A stretch of 64,000 nt of DNA from Pseudomonadota bacterium (GTDB taxonomy: Bacteria > SZUA-182 > DTGQ01). Below the pieces are notes generated by a model. That model was not told where the DNA came from, searched no databases, and saw only the letters and a program-made list of their open reading frames with translations. The stretch is taken from the NCBI GenBank assembly GCA_030625085.1, contig DAOURK010000008.1, forward strand, positions 2,024-66,023, written 5' to 3'. This document shows, piece by piece, positions 47,832 to 58,502 of this stretch (within the stretch, counting starts at the first letter, position 1; each line of letters starts with the position of its first letter). A program made the translations under genes and the position numbers.

Positions 47832-48342
47832 TGACTTAAGGAGCTTCATATCTTTTAAGATACTCTTGAATATATTAAGTTCTTATTATCGATAAACATG
47901 GTTCATCCGGTTAATGAGTGCCTTTGAGTATGTAAATGTCCATATCCTTACAAAATTCGTAAAAAATTTCCTCATAAAAATGTAAATCGGTTTTCAGAAA
48001 ATAAAAAATAGCTGCCACTTTTATAAAGTTTGTTGTATAATACCCTAGCGCTTAAAAAAACGAATTCTTATTACCTCACCTGAACAGAATGTGTTTATTT
48101 ATGCTGAGTACCTTGATGCACTTTATCAACGAGCTTATAATTATTTTGTAGAGTCTGTAACTTAAGAAAAGTTTCTATCTGATGCGGTGAAGAGCCTCAA
48201 ATTGTGCGGAGGAGCGAATAATGATAAAATAAAAATAATGCAACAAGAAAAACCATTAAAATGATTTAAAAAATGAAGAAACATTATGAATTTCAAAAAT
48301 ATGCTCGATGGAGTTTTAAGCTAGGGAACTATTGTAAAGCAA

Positions 48343-49092
48343 ATGTTGGATCAAAAAGCGGAAACAATTCTAAAAGCGAATTCATTTAAAAATCGTGCTG
48401 AATTGAATATCGCTCACTTCCAAATTACTCAAATGAAAGAATTGATTTCATTAGAGAATAAAAAGATTTTAGATATTGGCTGTGGGAAGGGCGAATTTTT
48501 AATACTTTGTTCCCTTGCAGAAAACGTGTCACATTGCGTTGGATTGGATTCAGCAATGGGAGAGGGAAGCAAAAAAGACACTTTTGAAATTTTCAAAAAC
48601 GATATCAATTTGCTGGATATTGAAAATATCGATACCATTCAGGCAGATATATTTGAATATGACTTTCCGAAAGAAAAATTTGATATTATCGTAACCAATT
48701 ATTCACTCCACCACATTATATTCACCAACAATAATCTTTTAAAATGTCCGGAATCAAAAGAAAAAGCCACACTTTTATTTAACAACATATGTAATAGCTT
48801 GAGACCCAATGGAGTCTTTGTTATTAAAGAGATCTCAAAAAATAATCTTTGTAGATATTGGCGGTCCTATGGGAAACTGGTAGGTACGGAACAGATGGCT
48901 TGGTTATCTAAGCATACACCAAAAGAATATAGAGAGATATTGCTAAGCACAAATCTTAGAAATATTAAGGTTAAATATTTGATTCCTTACGTTTTTAAAA
49001 GGTTTGGACTGGATAAATTTCGTTTTCTGCTTTCCAATTCAATTGCGAGTTTTTTCTTCCACTCAGCATATTATATATTTGCATGGAAGTGA
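48343..49092 (+). CDS. Class I SAM-dependent methyltransferase.
   Basis: Motif I ILDIGCGKGEF is present, and the length is typical. Confidence 0.6.
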   Translation: MLDQKAETILKANSFKNRAELNIAHFQITQMKELISLENKKILDIGCGKGEFLILCSLAENVSHCVGLDSAMGEGSKKDTFEIFKNDINLLDIENIDTIQADIFEYDFPKEKFDIIVTNYSLHHIIFTNNNLLKCPESKEKATLLFNNICNSLRPNGVFVIKEISKNNLCRYWRSYGKLVGTEQMAWLSKHTPKEYREILLSTNLRNIKVKYLIPYVFKRFGLDKFRFLLSNSIASFFFHSAYYIFAWK

Positions 49093-49117
49093 ATGAGAAT
49101 CATGATCTGCAGTAAAG

Positions 49118-49499
49118 CTAATGACTTGAAAAGGGCTTCAAAAAAGCAAGAGGATAATTATAAATAGAACCCCATATTTGCTTCTTAGTCTTCCCCTGAT
49201 CAGGAATGTATTCTTGAACCTTGCTATTATCCAAGAACAATAAAGGTGATAATATTTCGTGTGCTCCCGGCAAGCAAGCACACGAGCCAGATAGTGCCAC
49301 CTTCATTTGACATTGGCTGATGGGCATTATAAGAAACATCAATAACAGATAATAGTCTGTGCCCCAGGCCAATATTGTTTTTTATATAAACACCCTCATC
49401 ATCAGGACCGCGATGGGCAAGACAGGAGGTCATTTGCCTAATAAGGGCTTCTTCAACCGGTACATTATTAAGGTTCATCTTACCGCAGATTCCGCACAT
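49118..49499 (-). pseudogene. asnB: Degraded fragment of the asparagine synthetase (glutamine-hydrolysing) N-terminus.
   Basis: ORF 49227-49499 reads MCGICGKMNL...AHRGPDDEGVY...GLGHRLLSVIDVS..AHQPM, the class-II glutaminase N-terminus. It continues out of frame in 49118-49372 (GSIYNYPLAF). Only about 125 codons are present against the roughly 600 aa I recall for intact AsnB. Confidence 0.6.
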
Positions 49500-49668
49500 G
49501 TTTTATCTATTACCTTCTCATATTCTCGGATAATTTTGTTGATCCTGAAATCTTCCGCCCTCTTAAAACGTTAGGCCACCTCCCTTTTATGATTTTATCA
49601 AAGATATCGTAACTGTCGGCTAAGAATATTTGTTTCCCTTTGATTTGACAATATCCCCATGGCACATT

Positions 49669-50829
49669 TTAATGAGCTAAATGATTGTAAACGTCACTAA
49701 GTAAGTATTCAACAAATCTTTCTATTGTATGCTCTTTCAATACTTTTTTCCTTGCATTTTTACCCATTTCCTTTAATTTGTCAGGATTATTAAACAAGGC
49801 AACAATTGCATTAGCAATATCTTGCGAATTCAGTGTTACTTTAATTCCTGTCGAGTCATCAATAAGTTTCCACGTTTCACCTACATCGGTTGCGACAATT
49901 GCATTTCCACAGGCCATGGACTCAAGGAGACTTTGTGAAGGATAATTATTTATATTCTGTATGGATATGAATATTTTAGACTTACATAAAATTTCCGCAG
50001 TATTACAGGCATAAGAAAATGTAACATACTTTTGAATTCCTATCTTTTTGACATAAATTCTAAGGGCTTTCTCTAAAGGACCTTCCCCGACGACGTGAAA
50101 TTTAATATCTTCAAATCTACCAGACAATTTCTCTAAAACAATGGGAATAGCATCAATGAAGAGATTAGGGTTTTTTTCTTCTATCAATCTTCCCACAAAA
50201 ACCACACTGTTATCTTTTTCTTTATCATTTAGAGTAAATAAAGAATAATCACTGAAGCTACATGGAGATACATAATATTTCCCATTAAAATATTTACCGT
50301 ATTTTTTAATAAATCTAACCTCAATATCTTCAGATAAGAAATCTATAAAGTCGGACCTTATAATTGCAATCTTAAAAAGAAAACTAGTTAAAATATTACT
50401 CCCGTCGGACTGAACTTTGGAACTAAATATGGAAATCCCTTTGTATACATTTTTTAGCCTTGTAAACAAAAAAGAGTTTATCAATAAAAATATCCCCATT
50501 GAGTGCAGAAACCTTATATCATTATTTCTTATTATTTTGATGATCTGAAAAGGTAAAAATATTCCACTCAAAATCTTATATATGAAAGAGGTTTTTGAAA
50601 AATATTTCCCTTTTATTAAAACTACATTATTACTTTTATCTAGCGGAATTCCGTGTTTGATTAAACTTTCGTATTGCTTTTGATTAATAATTAGAAATAA
50701 ATTATTATCTTTCTCTGTTAGTTTTATGAAGGCCCGTGCGAATCTCCTCTCAGCACCTCCGATTTTCCCCCCGCCGACTAAAAGAATAGCTTTGTTGAAA
50801 TTATTTTCTTTTTGAAGTTTGTCTTTCAT
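49669..50829 (-). CDS. Glycosyltransferase family 4.
   Basis: The motif IFISIQNINNYPSQSLLESMACGNAIVATDVGE is present. Confidence 0.7.
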   Translation of the reverse strand: MKDKLQKENNFNKAILLVGGGKIGGAERRFARAFIKLTEKDNNLFLIINQKQYESLIKHGIPLDKSNNVVLIKGKYFSKTSFIYKILSGIFLPFQIIKIIRNNDIRFLHSMGIFLLINSFLFTRLKNVYKGISIFSSKVQSDGSNILTSFLFKIAIIRSDFIDFLSEDIEVRFIKKYGKYFNGKYYVSPCSFSDYSLFTLNDKEKDNSVVFVGRLIEEKNPNLFIDAIPIVLEKLSGRFEDIKFHVVGEGPLEKALRIYVKKIGIQKYVTFSYACNTAEILCKSKIFISIQNINNYPSQSLLESMACGNAIVATDVGETWKLIDDSTGIKVTLNSQDIANAIVALFNNPDKLKEMGKNARKKVLKEHTIERFVEYLLSDVYNHLAH

Positions 50830-50846
50830 TTTTTTAAATGTGCTTT

Positions 50847-52247
50847 TCAGTCATTCCGCAGTAGCGATTCATATAACCAAACTTCTTCATTATTCACAAA
50901 ACGGTTGTTATGCCATAACAGGATAAAATCACCGTTGAATAGACGACAACGATTTTTTAATGTATTCAAAGCGGATTGTGCATCCCGGCCTGTTCCCAAA
51001 TTCATATATCTGTTTTCAATAATAGACCCGTCCATTACTATGAGAGGCCGCTCCTTCAGGTTAAGTTGTTTTTTGGCCTTAAGGTCATAAACCGGGTATT
51101 CATAGCATGTTCCACAGCGGAAACCCGCATGATCGGCATAGCCAAGGGTTGTATCATAATCTAACCCAGCTTTTTCCAAATTCGCAAACGTTATCGGTGT
51201 TTCCCAACGAAGATTGTGCTGTCTGCTACCCCACAGTTCCTGTCGAATGCCTTCCTCCTTGCAAACGGATTTCAATATTTTAAACTCCTTGAACATTTGT
51301 CGAAAATCAGTGCAAGTGTTGTAGCTCGCATGGAGGCCGATATCATGTCCCCGTTCATGAATATGTCGCATTAAATGCCTAATGGAGCGGTGATTTATGG
51401 AATAATATCCATCCTTTGCCCCGCCGCTATGATCAGTAATGAAATAAAACGTCGAGGTAAGTCCATATTTTTCATTAATATCTAAAATACTGTCGAAAGT
51501 ATTGTAAGGGTCTCTCTCCATGCCTTTTGTTTTTACATGCAAGCAATGAAGCAGTTCACGGGTTGCTTTTACCGGTGAGCGGCGTCGAATTAATTCGCCA
51601 GCAAAAGATATGGCAACACGGGCGGGTTTGAGATCAAAATATGCATATGGCTTATCAACATCATGAGTTGGAACAATTTTAAATCGACGATCTTTTCTTT
51701 TAAGTCCCGGCCATAGCCGTTTCATACAGTCCCAAAGAATTTCAAGGCATTCGTTTACTATGGGACGAAATAAAAAGTCCTCTTGATAGGATAGCGAGGC
51801 CTTAGCAGGAAAGCGATCATGGTTATCTCGTTCCTTTTTTACAACTTCTTCATATCGGGTGAGCATAAAGAAGGATAATCCAAAAATATCCAATCCAATG
51901 GTTATGCGGTTTTCTTTTACAGTAAAAAAATTCGGGCTGTCGGGATCTAATCCGTAAATTACAGGGATCTTATTAGTAACTGTATTAACATCAAACCCCA
52001 AACATTTTAGATCCCATAATTTTAACGGTTGACGAGGCAATGATTCAGGCGTCATCCATCGGCATGCGGGAAGAGCGAAGAAATCAACAGCAACTATCAG
52101 TTCACGGTGATCGCCAGAAGTCAATGATACATTATCACAATCAGTAAAGTGAATTTTAAAATCTAAGCCAAGAAATTCACCAAGCAAAACGGAAACTATA
52201 TAACGCTGTTCAGCTTGGTAGTTGTTTGGAAGTTTTAGTGTTATCAT
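50847..52247 (-). CDS. Hypothetical protein, possibly a polysaccharide deacetylase-like (CE4/NodB-like) enzyme.
   Basis: Motifs VPTHDVDKPY, LTSTFYFITD, GHDIGLHASY and FILLWHNN resemble the NodB Asp/His motif series. The fit is weak. Confidence 0.35.
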   Translation of the reverse strand: MITLKLPNNYQAEQRYIVSVLLGEFLGLDFKIHFTDCDNVSLTSGDHRELIVAVDFFALPACRWMTPESLPRQPLKLWDLKCLGFDVNTVTNKIPVIYGLDPDSPNFFTVKENRITIGLDIFGLSFFMLTRYEEVVKKERDNHDRFPAKASLSYQEDFLFRPIVNECLEILWDCMKRLWPGLKRKDRRFKIVPTHDVDKPYAYFDLKPARVAISFAGELIRRRSPVKATRELLHCLHVKTKGMERDPYNTFDSILDINEKYGLTSTFYFITDHSGGAKDGYYSINHRSIRHLMRHIHERGHDIGLHASYNTCTDFRQMFKEFKILKSVCKEEGIRQELWGSRQHNLRWETPITFANLEKAGLDYDTTLGYADHAGFRCGTCYEYPVYDLKAKKQLNLKERPLIVMDGSIIENRYMNLGTGRDAQSALNTLKNRCRLFNGDFILLWHNNRFVNNEEVWLYESLLRND

Positions 52248-52271
52248 CTTTATCCTTTTTGATACAACATA

Positions 52272-53240
52272 TCACTTCTTTTTCATTACGACATGTATCC
52301 CAGATTCTGCTGAAAATTTTGGTATGATGCCTACATAAGAAAATAATGAACTCGCTAATTTAATTATTTTTAAAGCCGCCCCTTTAAAAGGGAGTGTTGT
52401 TTTTTGATTCTTGATAGAGTCACTAGTTTCAAAAAACCTTCTTTTTGCTCTGAAGCCCTTTAAACGACCCAACAGCTTTTTTATATAAAGCCATGCATTT
52501 TGATGGGCTTCATATAGCTCTATATTAATCGTGAGGTCGGATAAATCTTTAAAATTATCTCTCCAGAATTCCCCCTTGAACAGCGTCACTAAATCAGGTG
52601 GTGGTGTATCTAACCATATCTTGCCGGTTTCGAGACATGCAGAAATATTTGGCGCATTAAATATAAGGAGGCCCTCCGGTTTCAATAACCTCAATAAAAA
52701 CTGGGTAAAATTAATCGGGGATTCCACGCATCCTATTGTACCGACATGATAAATCGCATCATAAGGCGCATTCTCTGTTATTGCCAGAGCATCAGATTTT
52801 AAAAAATGACGCCCGAATTTTTTCGTTGCTTCTTCTATAGCTGTCGCCGAAATATCGATACCAGTTATATCAAAGCCTTTCATTATAAAATATGCGCTCA
52901 AATATCCTTTTGAACAACCAACTTCTAATATTTTCTTAATATTTCCGCAGCGCTCAAGGGTATCAATTACGAATTTATTTTTTTTTGTTTTACTTAAAAA
53001 TTCTCTCAGGCCGTCATAGTTTTTGTTAATAAAATACATTCCAGCTTTTTTAGCCATTTCATCATGCTTGAAGTATGTTGTTCCCTTAGATTGATGCATT
53101 TTCTCATAGATGTACTTGTCATAGGGAGCAAAGCGGCACCCGCAGTCTTTACAATCATGAATATCACATTCATAGTCTATATAAGGCTTGTACTTGCCGA
53201 TGTAGTGAACATTATTACTACCACAGATTCTACAGGTCAT
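52272..53240 (-). CDS. Class I SAM-dependent methyltransferase with an N-terminal Cys4 zinc ribbon.
   Basis: MTCRICGSN...CKDCGCRF, then methyltransferase motif I LEVGCSKGY. Confidence 0.6.
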   Translation of the reverse strand: MTCRICGSNNVHYIGKYKPYIDYECDIHDCKDCGCRFAPYDKYIYEKMHQSKGTTYFKHDEMAKKAGMYFINKNYDGLREFLSKTKKNKFVIDTLERCGNIKKILEVGCSKGYLSAYFIMKGFDITGIDISATAIEEATKKFGRHFLKSDALAITENAPYDAIYHVGTIGCVESPINFTQFLLRLLKPEGLLIFNAPNISACLETGKIWLDTPPPDLVTLFKGEFWRDNFKDLSDLTINIELYEAHQNAWLYIKKLLGRLKGFRAKRRFFETSDSIKNQKTTLPFKGAALKIIKLASSLFSYVGIIPKFSAESGIHVVMKKK

Positions 53241-54474
53241 GCAAAAAACCTTTCATAAGGTTTACAAATAATTTTGTATTTTCTTCTATTTTAGCCCGAG
53301 CTTTTTCGTTTGCAAAAACGAGTTTTTTGCATATCGCGGGTCTTTTTTGGTAAACCTCATCAAAAATATCAAATAAATCATAAATGCTTTTGTTGTGAAT
53401 TCCGTCAAATATATAGTCTTCACTGCCAAACTCTCGCATGATGTCCTTGTATTTCGGGTGCCAAGAAAGAGATATAGCTGGAACGGCGGATGATAAAGAA
53501 GCAACGATACTATGATACCTCGCACCAATGTGGACACAAGACGTGCTTATTATTGATTTTAATTCGGCTGGGGACAGGTCTTCTTGAATCAAACCTACAT
53601 TTGGAATGTCTTTGAAATGGTTTAACACAAGCCGAGATACCGCAAAATCGCATACCTCGGGGTAATGCCTGTTGAGACGAAACGTATGGGGAACAAGTAA
53701 AATAAAAAAACTTTTTTCTAACAAGAACCGGCACAGATTAACCATATCCTCAATATGTTTGTTCTCGCCGGTATGTTTTTTAGTTCTCTTGTACATGACC
53801 GCGCTGGGAGAGATCGTGATTAGTTTTTCGAAATTAATATCTTGATAGATTGAGTGTAAGTAATCAGTTCCCCAGGATTGATTATATTCAAATATGACGG
53901 CGACATCGGGGAAAGAAAATGCTTTTTTTTGAGGCAAAAGTCTATTCACTTCAGAAAGACAATCATCTCCCCTGCAAAATATTACAGGTTGCCTTTTTAA
54001 ATCCAGCTTAGCTATAAATCGCAAAATTTTTGGTGACAAAGGCCCGTAACTCTGAGTCCAGGCTAAAAAAGGCTTTTTAAAAATAAGGGCCGACAGGAAA
54101 TACATAAACCTTGCGCCCAACAAAGCTGATCTGACGTTTCCTATCGGATGGCCGACATAGCTGATGGCCGACATCTCGATAACCAGGTCAGCTACCGACA
54201 ACTTTTTAAACCAGTTTTTTACTCTTATATACTTTAAATAAAAATTTTTAAAGACATAGGGTGGCAGGACATCCTTTATCGAGTAGCTTTCGACCACCTC
54301 TACTTTATATTTTCTTGACCATAACAATTCATGCTGAAATTCTTCACCTGATGGAACTGAAAATACAAAATCTGATTCCGGCAAGTATTTTCTTATTTGC
54401 TGCATGAGAGCCAGCGCAATTGCCGGGCCACCCTTGTTACCCTGTAAACATAGACCCGTTATAAATATGTTCAT
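53230..54474 (-). CDS. Polysaccharide pyruvyl transferase family protein (CsaB/WcaK-like).
   Basis: N-terminal MNIFITGLCLQGNKGGPAIALAL fits the IxIxGxxGxxNxG start of pyruvyl transferases. It is adjacent to an FrhB-like gene, a pairing I recall from exopolysaccharide loci. Confidence 0.5.
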   Translation of the reverse strand: MNIFITGLCLQGNKGGPAIALALMQQIRKYLPESDFVFSVPSGEEFQHELLWSRKYKVEVVESYSIKDVLPPYVFKNFYLKYIRVKNWFKKLSVADLVIEMSAISYVGHPIGNVRSALLGARFMYFLSALIFKKPFLAWTQSYGPLSPKILRFIAKLDLKRQPVIFCRGDDCLSEVNRLLPQKKAFSFPDVAVIFEYNQSWGTDYLHSIYQDINFEKLITISPSAVMYKRTKKHTGENKHIEDMVNLCRFLLEKSFFILLVPHTFRLNRHYPEVCDFAVSRLVLNHFKDIPNVGLIQEDLSPAELKSIISTSCVHIGARYHSIVASLSSAVPAISLSWHPKYKDIMREFGSEDYIFDGIHNKSIYDLFDIFDEVYQKRPAICKKLVFANEKARAKIEENTKLFVNLMKGFLHDL

Positions 54475-55787
54475 TTTAGCGACACTCTTCTTATATAATT
54501 TTCTATTCGATACTTTATCAATGATTTAGATCCAATAAGCGCAAAACATATTTTTGCTAATGCGAATCTCCTTTCTCTGAAGAGTTTTTTTATTACTTTA
54601 ATTTTTAGCAAGTCAAATATGCCGAATTTAAACGCCTTTATATCTTCTGAATTTATCGTTCTTTTGTGGTGCGGATAAAAGTATTTGCCTTTAAATTTAA
54701 TATCTCTCATTCCTTCACCTATTGAACCAAGTGCATATAAAATACTCTGTGACTCAATAATTTCGTTTTTAAATCCTTTTTCAATATGAAAATTGTTGAT
54801 TTTAGAAATGGCTTCTTCACCCTTTGCTGTCCTACTGATCAAAATGTTAGTGCCGATATAGTCGTCTTTATATCTTCTTTGCCATGCGTCGCCGGCAACA
54901 ATATCAGCACAATATCCCATGTGATCTACACAATAAAGACAACCATTTTGTACCAGAAACCTGTCAACAAGCAGCCTGTTGTTAATAAGTTCACTGAACG
55001 ATTTAGGTTTAAGGAAATCAAAGACTTTACTTTCAAATTTGTTTGTAATTCTCGTTTTCCTATACCTGCCTTTTTCACGATAGCTTATCTCATTTATATC
55101 AACTTTACTGTAGTAAGCGAAAGCCAGCGCATTTATTCTGTCAAATGAATATCCACACATCAATGCAACCTTGGCATAAACCCTTTCTTTCAAAAACGAG
55201 AATTTTTTCAGATGGAGCAGTTTTTCGATAGAAGTAATTTGACAGGGCAGCCCTATAACTAAATACTTTCTGTCGCTTTTTTTAAGAATTTTGAAGGCAT
55301 TTTCATAGTTGATATTATGATAAATAGAGTTGGGCATTAAAGAGACATCTTTTATAGGAGAAGGCAAATAATCCAGACCTTTATGATGCATAATTGAAAT
55401 AACAGTATCGATAACTTTTGCCTTCATTAGGGACAGGCATAGCTCTCTTATAAATCCTCCTGAACTTGATGCCAGCCGATTTGTGTTATCCATTGAAAAA
55501 CCGTTATAAACATTCTTTATCTTGCCAAGCAAATTATTTTTATTGCTGCCCGCCAATTTTATATAGTCCATATCATAACTTGGACAAACTTCAAGGCACT
55601 TATTTATCCCGCCGCATTTTAAGCAAGGTTCCGTGCTTTTGGCAGATGCTTCCCATTTCTCTCGGTAGCTGTTATATTTCATTTCAATATTTGAAAATGG
55701 ACATATATGAGTACAGGCGCCGCAACTGATACATAAATCATTATCTGTGATGATGTTAATTGACTTAACCATGGCAACATTTATCAT
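54471..55787 (-). CDS. 4Fe-4S ferredoxin-domain protein of the coenzyme F420 hydrogenase beta subunit (FrhB)-like family.
   Basis: The N-terminal motif CISCGACTHICP is present. The size and the context next to a pyruvyl transferase fit this family. Confidence 0.5.
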   Translation of the reverse strand: MINVAMVKSINIITDNDLCISCGACTHICPFSNIEMKYNSYREKWEASAKSTEPCLKCGGINKCLEVCPSYDMDYIKLAGSNKNNLLGKIKNVYNGFSMDNTNRLASSSGGFIRELCLSLMKAKVIDTVISIMHHKGLDYLPSPIKDVSLMPNSIYHNINYENAFKILKKSDRKYLVIGLPCQITSIEKLLHLKKFSFLKERVYAKVALMCGYSFDRINALAFAYYSKVDINEISYREKGRYRKTRITNKFESKVFDFLKPKSFSELINNRLLVDRFLVQNGCLYCVDHMGYCADIVAGDAWQRRYKDDYIGTNILISRTAKGEEAISKINNFHIEKGFKNEIIESQSILYALGSIGEGMRDIKFKGKYFYPHHKRTINSEDIKAFKFGIFDLLKIKVIKKLFRERRFALAKICFALIGSKSLIKYRIENYIRRVSLK

Positions 55788-55790
55788 TTA

Positions 55791-57224
55791 TTAAATCTCC
55801 ATAGTTTTAATATGGAAGACATTCAATGCTATAACACTGGTTAATAAGACAGGGAAATTGTTAATAAAACCATTAATCGCAGCTAAAATAGCCATATAAG
55901 GTGTTATCTTGAGCAATTGTTTTAAATACATTGAGGAGAAATAACGGCTAGATTTACCTAACTGTTTATAATTCCAGCTCCCTAAAAGAAGGAACAGCGT
56001 AAATTGAACTGTTGCTATAGCAACTACCGAATATAAAATGTTTTTAAATAACAAAAAAGACAGAACTATTGCCAAAACTTTAACCATGGCCAAGAGGGCA
56101 TTGAAGGTCATATCTGCATCCGGCCTGTTAAGAATCGTAAATAGACTGAAACTCGCGACAACTAAATTAATATGTGCACCAATGATCAACGGATAAAGAA
56201 ATACCGCAGCTTCTCTCCAGCTTTCTCCAAAAATAATCACAAACAGGTTCGATGCTACAAATAGTGATGAGTAGAAAGGAAGTGTCGTCATTTTAAATAA
56301 TGTCGATTGATAGTGATTGAGAGAATTAAGTATTTGTTCTTTTGTCCTCCTACTATTTTCTCCTAAAAAAACCTGCCATATAGCACTTGATACAAATAAT
56401 TTAGGGATGTTAACTATTTTATTAACAAAGAAAAAATGACCTACACTCGCTAAATTAAAGAGCATAGTCAGTATTATAAACTCAGCTTGATATGAAGTTG
56501 CATTTAATAAAGCCCCGACCGCACTTTTTTTTGGATAATCTATATATTCAACGAATAGAGATTTTATTCTTTTTAATGAGAGCTGTTTTTTTACCTCCTT
56601 GTCTTTTCTCAACACTGAGAATCCCAAAAATCCTGCACCCACACCCTGCCCTATTATGCCGCCGACAATAAGTCCACTGACACCGAAGCCACCGAACCCC
56701 ATCCCCAGATTTGTTAGGGCAGTGGCTATGGATTTGGAAACCATACTGGTAGCAAGCCTTTTGAACTGCTTAATTCGGTTTGACCAGTAGTTCAGAGTCT
56801 GAAAGATTCCTGTCAAGAGAACCATCAAAGGTATAAAATACAGCCACATAGAAATTTCCGGTTTTCCCAATATCTCTGTAATAGAATGATTAAAAATCCA
56901 TACTATTAGAAGGGTTAAAAAACTTAATAAAAAGACTAGGATAAAAGACAGTGTTGCAATATGTATCGCGTCCATATCTTTTTCAGGCAGCATCAAAGCA
57001 TGCTCGTATCGCCCTGTAGATATGACAGATAAGACAGAGGCTACAGCAGTATAAATGGCAAAGATACCAAAATCCCGGGGAACATATATTCTTGATAAAA
57101 TCGGTGAGATGATGATTAATATTGCTTGAGCAATGGTCGTGCCGGTCATCAAGGTCAACACATTCGCCACAAATGGGCCTTCCCGGGCATAAGGACTTTT
57201 CAGGTTTGTTAAAATTTTAAACAT
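55791..57224 (-). CDS. Wzx-like oligosaccharide flippase (MOP superfamily polysaccharide biosynthesis protein).
   Basis: About 12-14 predicted TM helices, 477 aa, in a glycan-locus context. Confidence 0.6.
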   Translation of the reverse strand: MFKILTNLKSPYAREGPFVANVLTLMTGTTIAQAILIIISPILSRIYVPRDFGIFAIYTAVASVLSVISTGRYEHALMLPEKDMDAIHIATLSFILVFLLSFLTLLIVWIFNHSITEILGKPEISMWLYFIPLMVLLTGIFQTLNYWSNRIKQFKRLATSMVSKSIATALTNLGMGFGGFGVSGLIVGGIIGQGVGAGFLGFSVLRKDKEVKKQLSLKRIKSLFVEYIDYPKKSAVGALLNATSYQAEFIILTMLFNLASVGHFFFVNKIVNIPKLFVSSAIWQVFLGENSRRTKEQILNSLNHYQSTLFKMTTLPFYSSLFVASNLFVIIFGESWREAAVFLYPLIIGAHINLVVASFSLFTILNRPDADMTFNALLAMVKVLAIVLSFLLFKNILYSVVAIATVQFTLFLLLGSWNYKQLGKSSRYFSSMYLKQLLKITPYMAILAAINGFINNFPVLLTSVIALNVFHIKTMEI

Positions 57225-57252
57225 TATTAATTTTCACCAAAATCTTAAATAT

Positions 57253-57540
57253 TCATCTGCATAGATTACCCTGCGACAGCGAGCGCATTTCCCGGCCAGC
57301 CGATGCTGTATGCTGGGTTGGCGCGCGAATATTAAAATGGATAAAATTCCTTACAGTCGAACCCCGCCAAGGCGGTATTGCAATTTGTTGAAGCGAAGTA
57401 AAAATTCCGCCTACCGGTGGCGGAGCAGAGCAGAAATCCCCTTTCAGCGGGGCTGCAGGGAGCTTCAATCAGTCAACAACCTGTACAACGATTACTGCCC
57501 TAATGCGCTGACCGGTACAAACCTGGTACTTATCATCCGA
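57253..57540. other. GC-rich ~290-bp island containing several short GC hairpins within an AT-rich non-coding stretch. Its nature is unknown; it could be a structured RNA or a gene remnant.
   Basis: Hairpins seen: CCGCCAAGGCGG, CCGCCTACCGGTGGCGG, CCCCTTTCAGCGGGG. The sharp composition shift is visible by eye. The two overlapping short ORFs there have no recognisable motifs. Confidence 0.3.
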
Positions 57541-57552
57541 AATAGATAAATC

Positions 57553-58133
57553 TGATTGATACGAATTTACTTTTTTACTGTCCAATAATAATAATTCAGA
57601 CAAATCGAAGTCTATTTTTCACTGTTATATTCAAAAAATTTTATCAAAATTCGAGGGATTTACTGCTGAAAAAATTGCCAATACCTTTCTAATAGGACCA
57701 ATAAACAGTTAAGTCTTCTACAACAAGTTAACCTTTTATTTTTAGAAATCTGTTATAAACGTAAATGGCTTATTTGAAGCCATTATAAATGATCTATAAT
57801 TACAAAAATTTAATAATTCATTTAATTATAATTTGTTATACAGTTTAAAAAACTCATTGTCATTAAAACTAGACTCAAATAAAGACTTAACATTTTTAAA
57901 AGGTCTGACATTAAAAAAACCGTAAAACTAATTTTTTCATAAATAATGGCAACCAATTAACTAATTGAAAAAAATGTTTTTAAAAAAGGTCAGTTTGGGA
58001 ATTGTATAATATTCAAAAAGATTCAACAAATGATATGGGCAATTTATAAAATTACTGAGCTGTTTTTTTGAAATTATATTCTCGATTGTCTGCGATTGAT
58101 AGGGATTTCCTTTTTTACTGTCCAATAATAATA
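57553..58133. repeat. Pair of ~41-bp imperfect direct repeats, at 57553-57594 and 58093-58133, flanking about 500 bp of AT-rich non-coding DNA.
   Basis: TGATTGATACGAATTTACTTTTTTACTGTCCAATAATAATA versus CGATTGATAGGGATTTCCTTTTTTACTGTCCAATAATAATA. Confidence 0.55.
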
Positions 58134-58502
58134 GCGCAAAATCTAGAAAAATACAAATGATTGATTTGCCTTTTTATGATAGGATTGTTAAAAAATTTGT
58201 AAGGAATGTACATCTGCTTTAAAACTACCTATTCTGACCAAGACCAGATTCAAAAAAATCTTAAGCAATTCCTCGCCAAAAATATGCAAAAACCAAAACT
58301 TTTTAAAGCGATATATTTTTCATTCAGGGCAAAAGTTTGATGATTCTGCAAAAAACTCTAATCTTAGCCAAAGGATCTTTACTAATGCCTAAGTCATTGC
58401 ATGGTTGAAAAGGTTTTGGTCTTTAATCTTCCAAAAGGCAACACGCATAAATCTGGCAGCAGTAGCAACATATGCACAATCTTTGCATTTACCTTTACTC
58501 CC

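Noticed and set aside
57330-57400. Possible tRNA in the GC-rich island, suggested by a GGTTCGA-like T-loop on the minus strand.
   Set aside because: No cloverleaf can be drawn. The flanking CCGCC/GGCGG pairs form their own tiny hairpin rather than a T-stem, and no acceptor stem, anticodon arm or CCA context is present.
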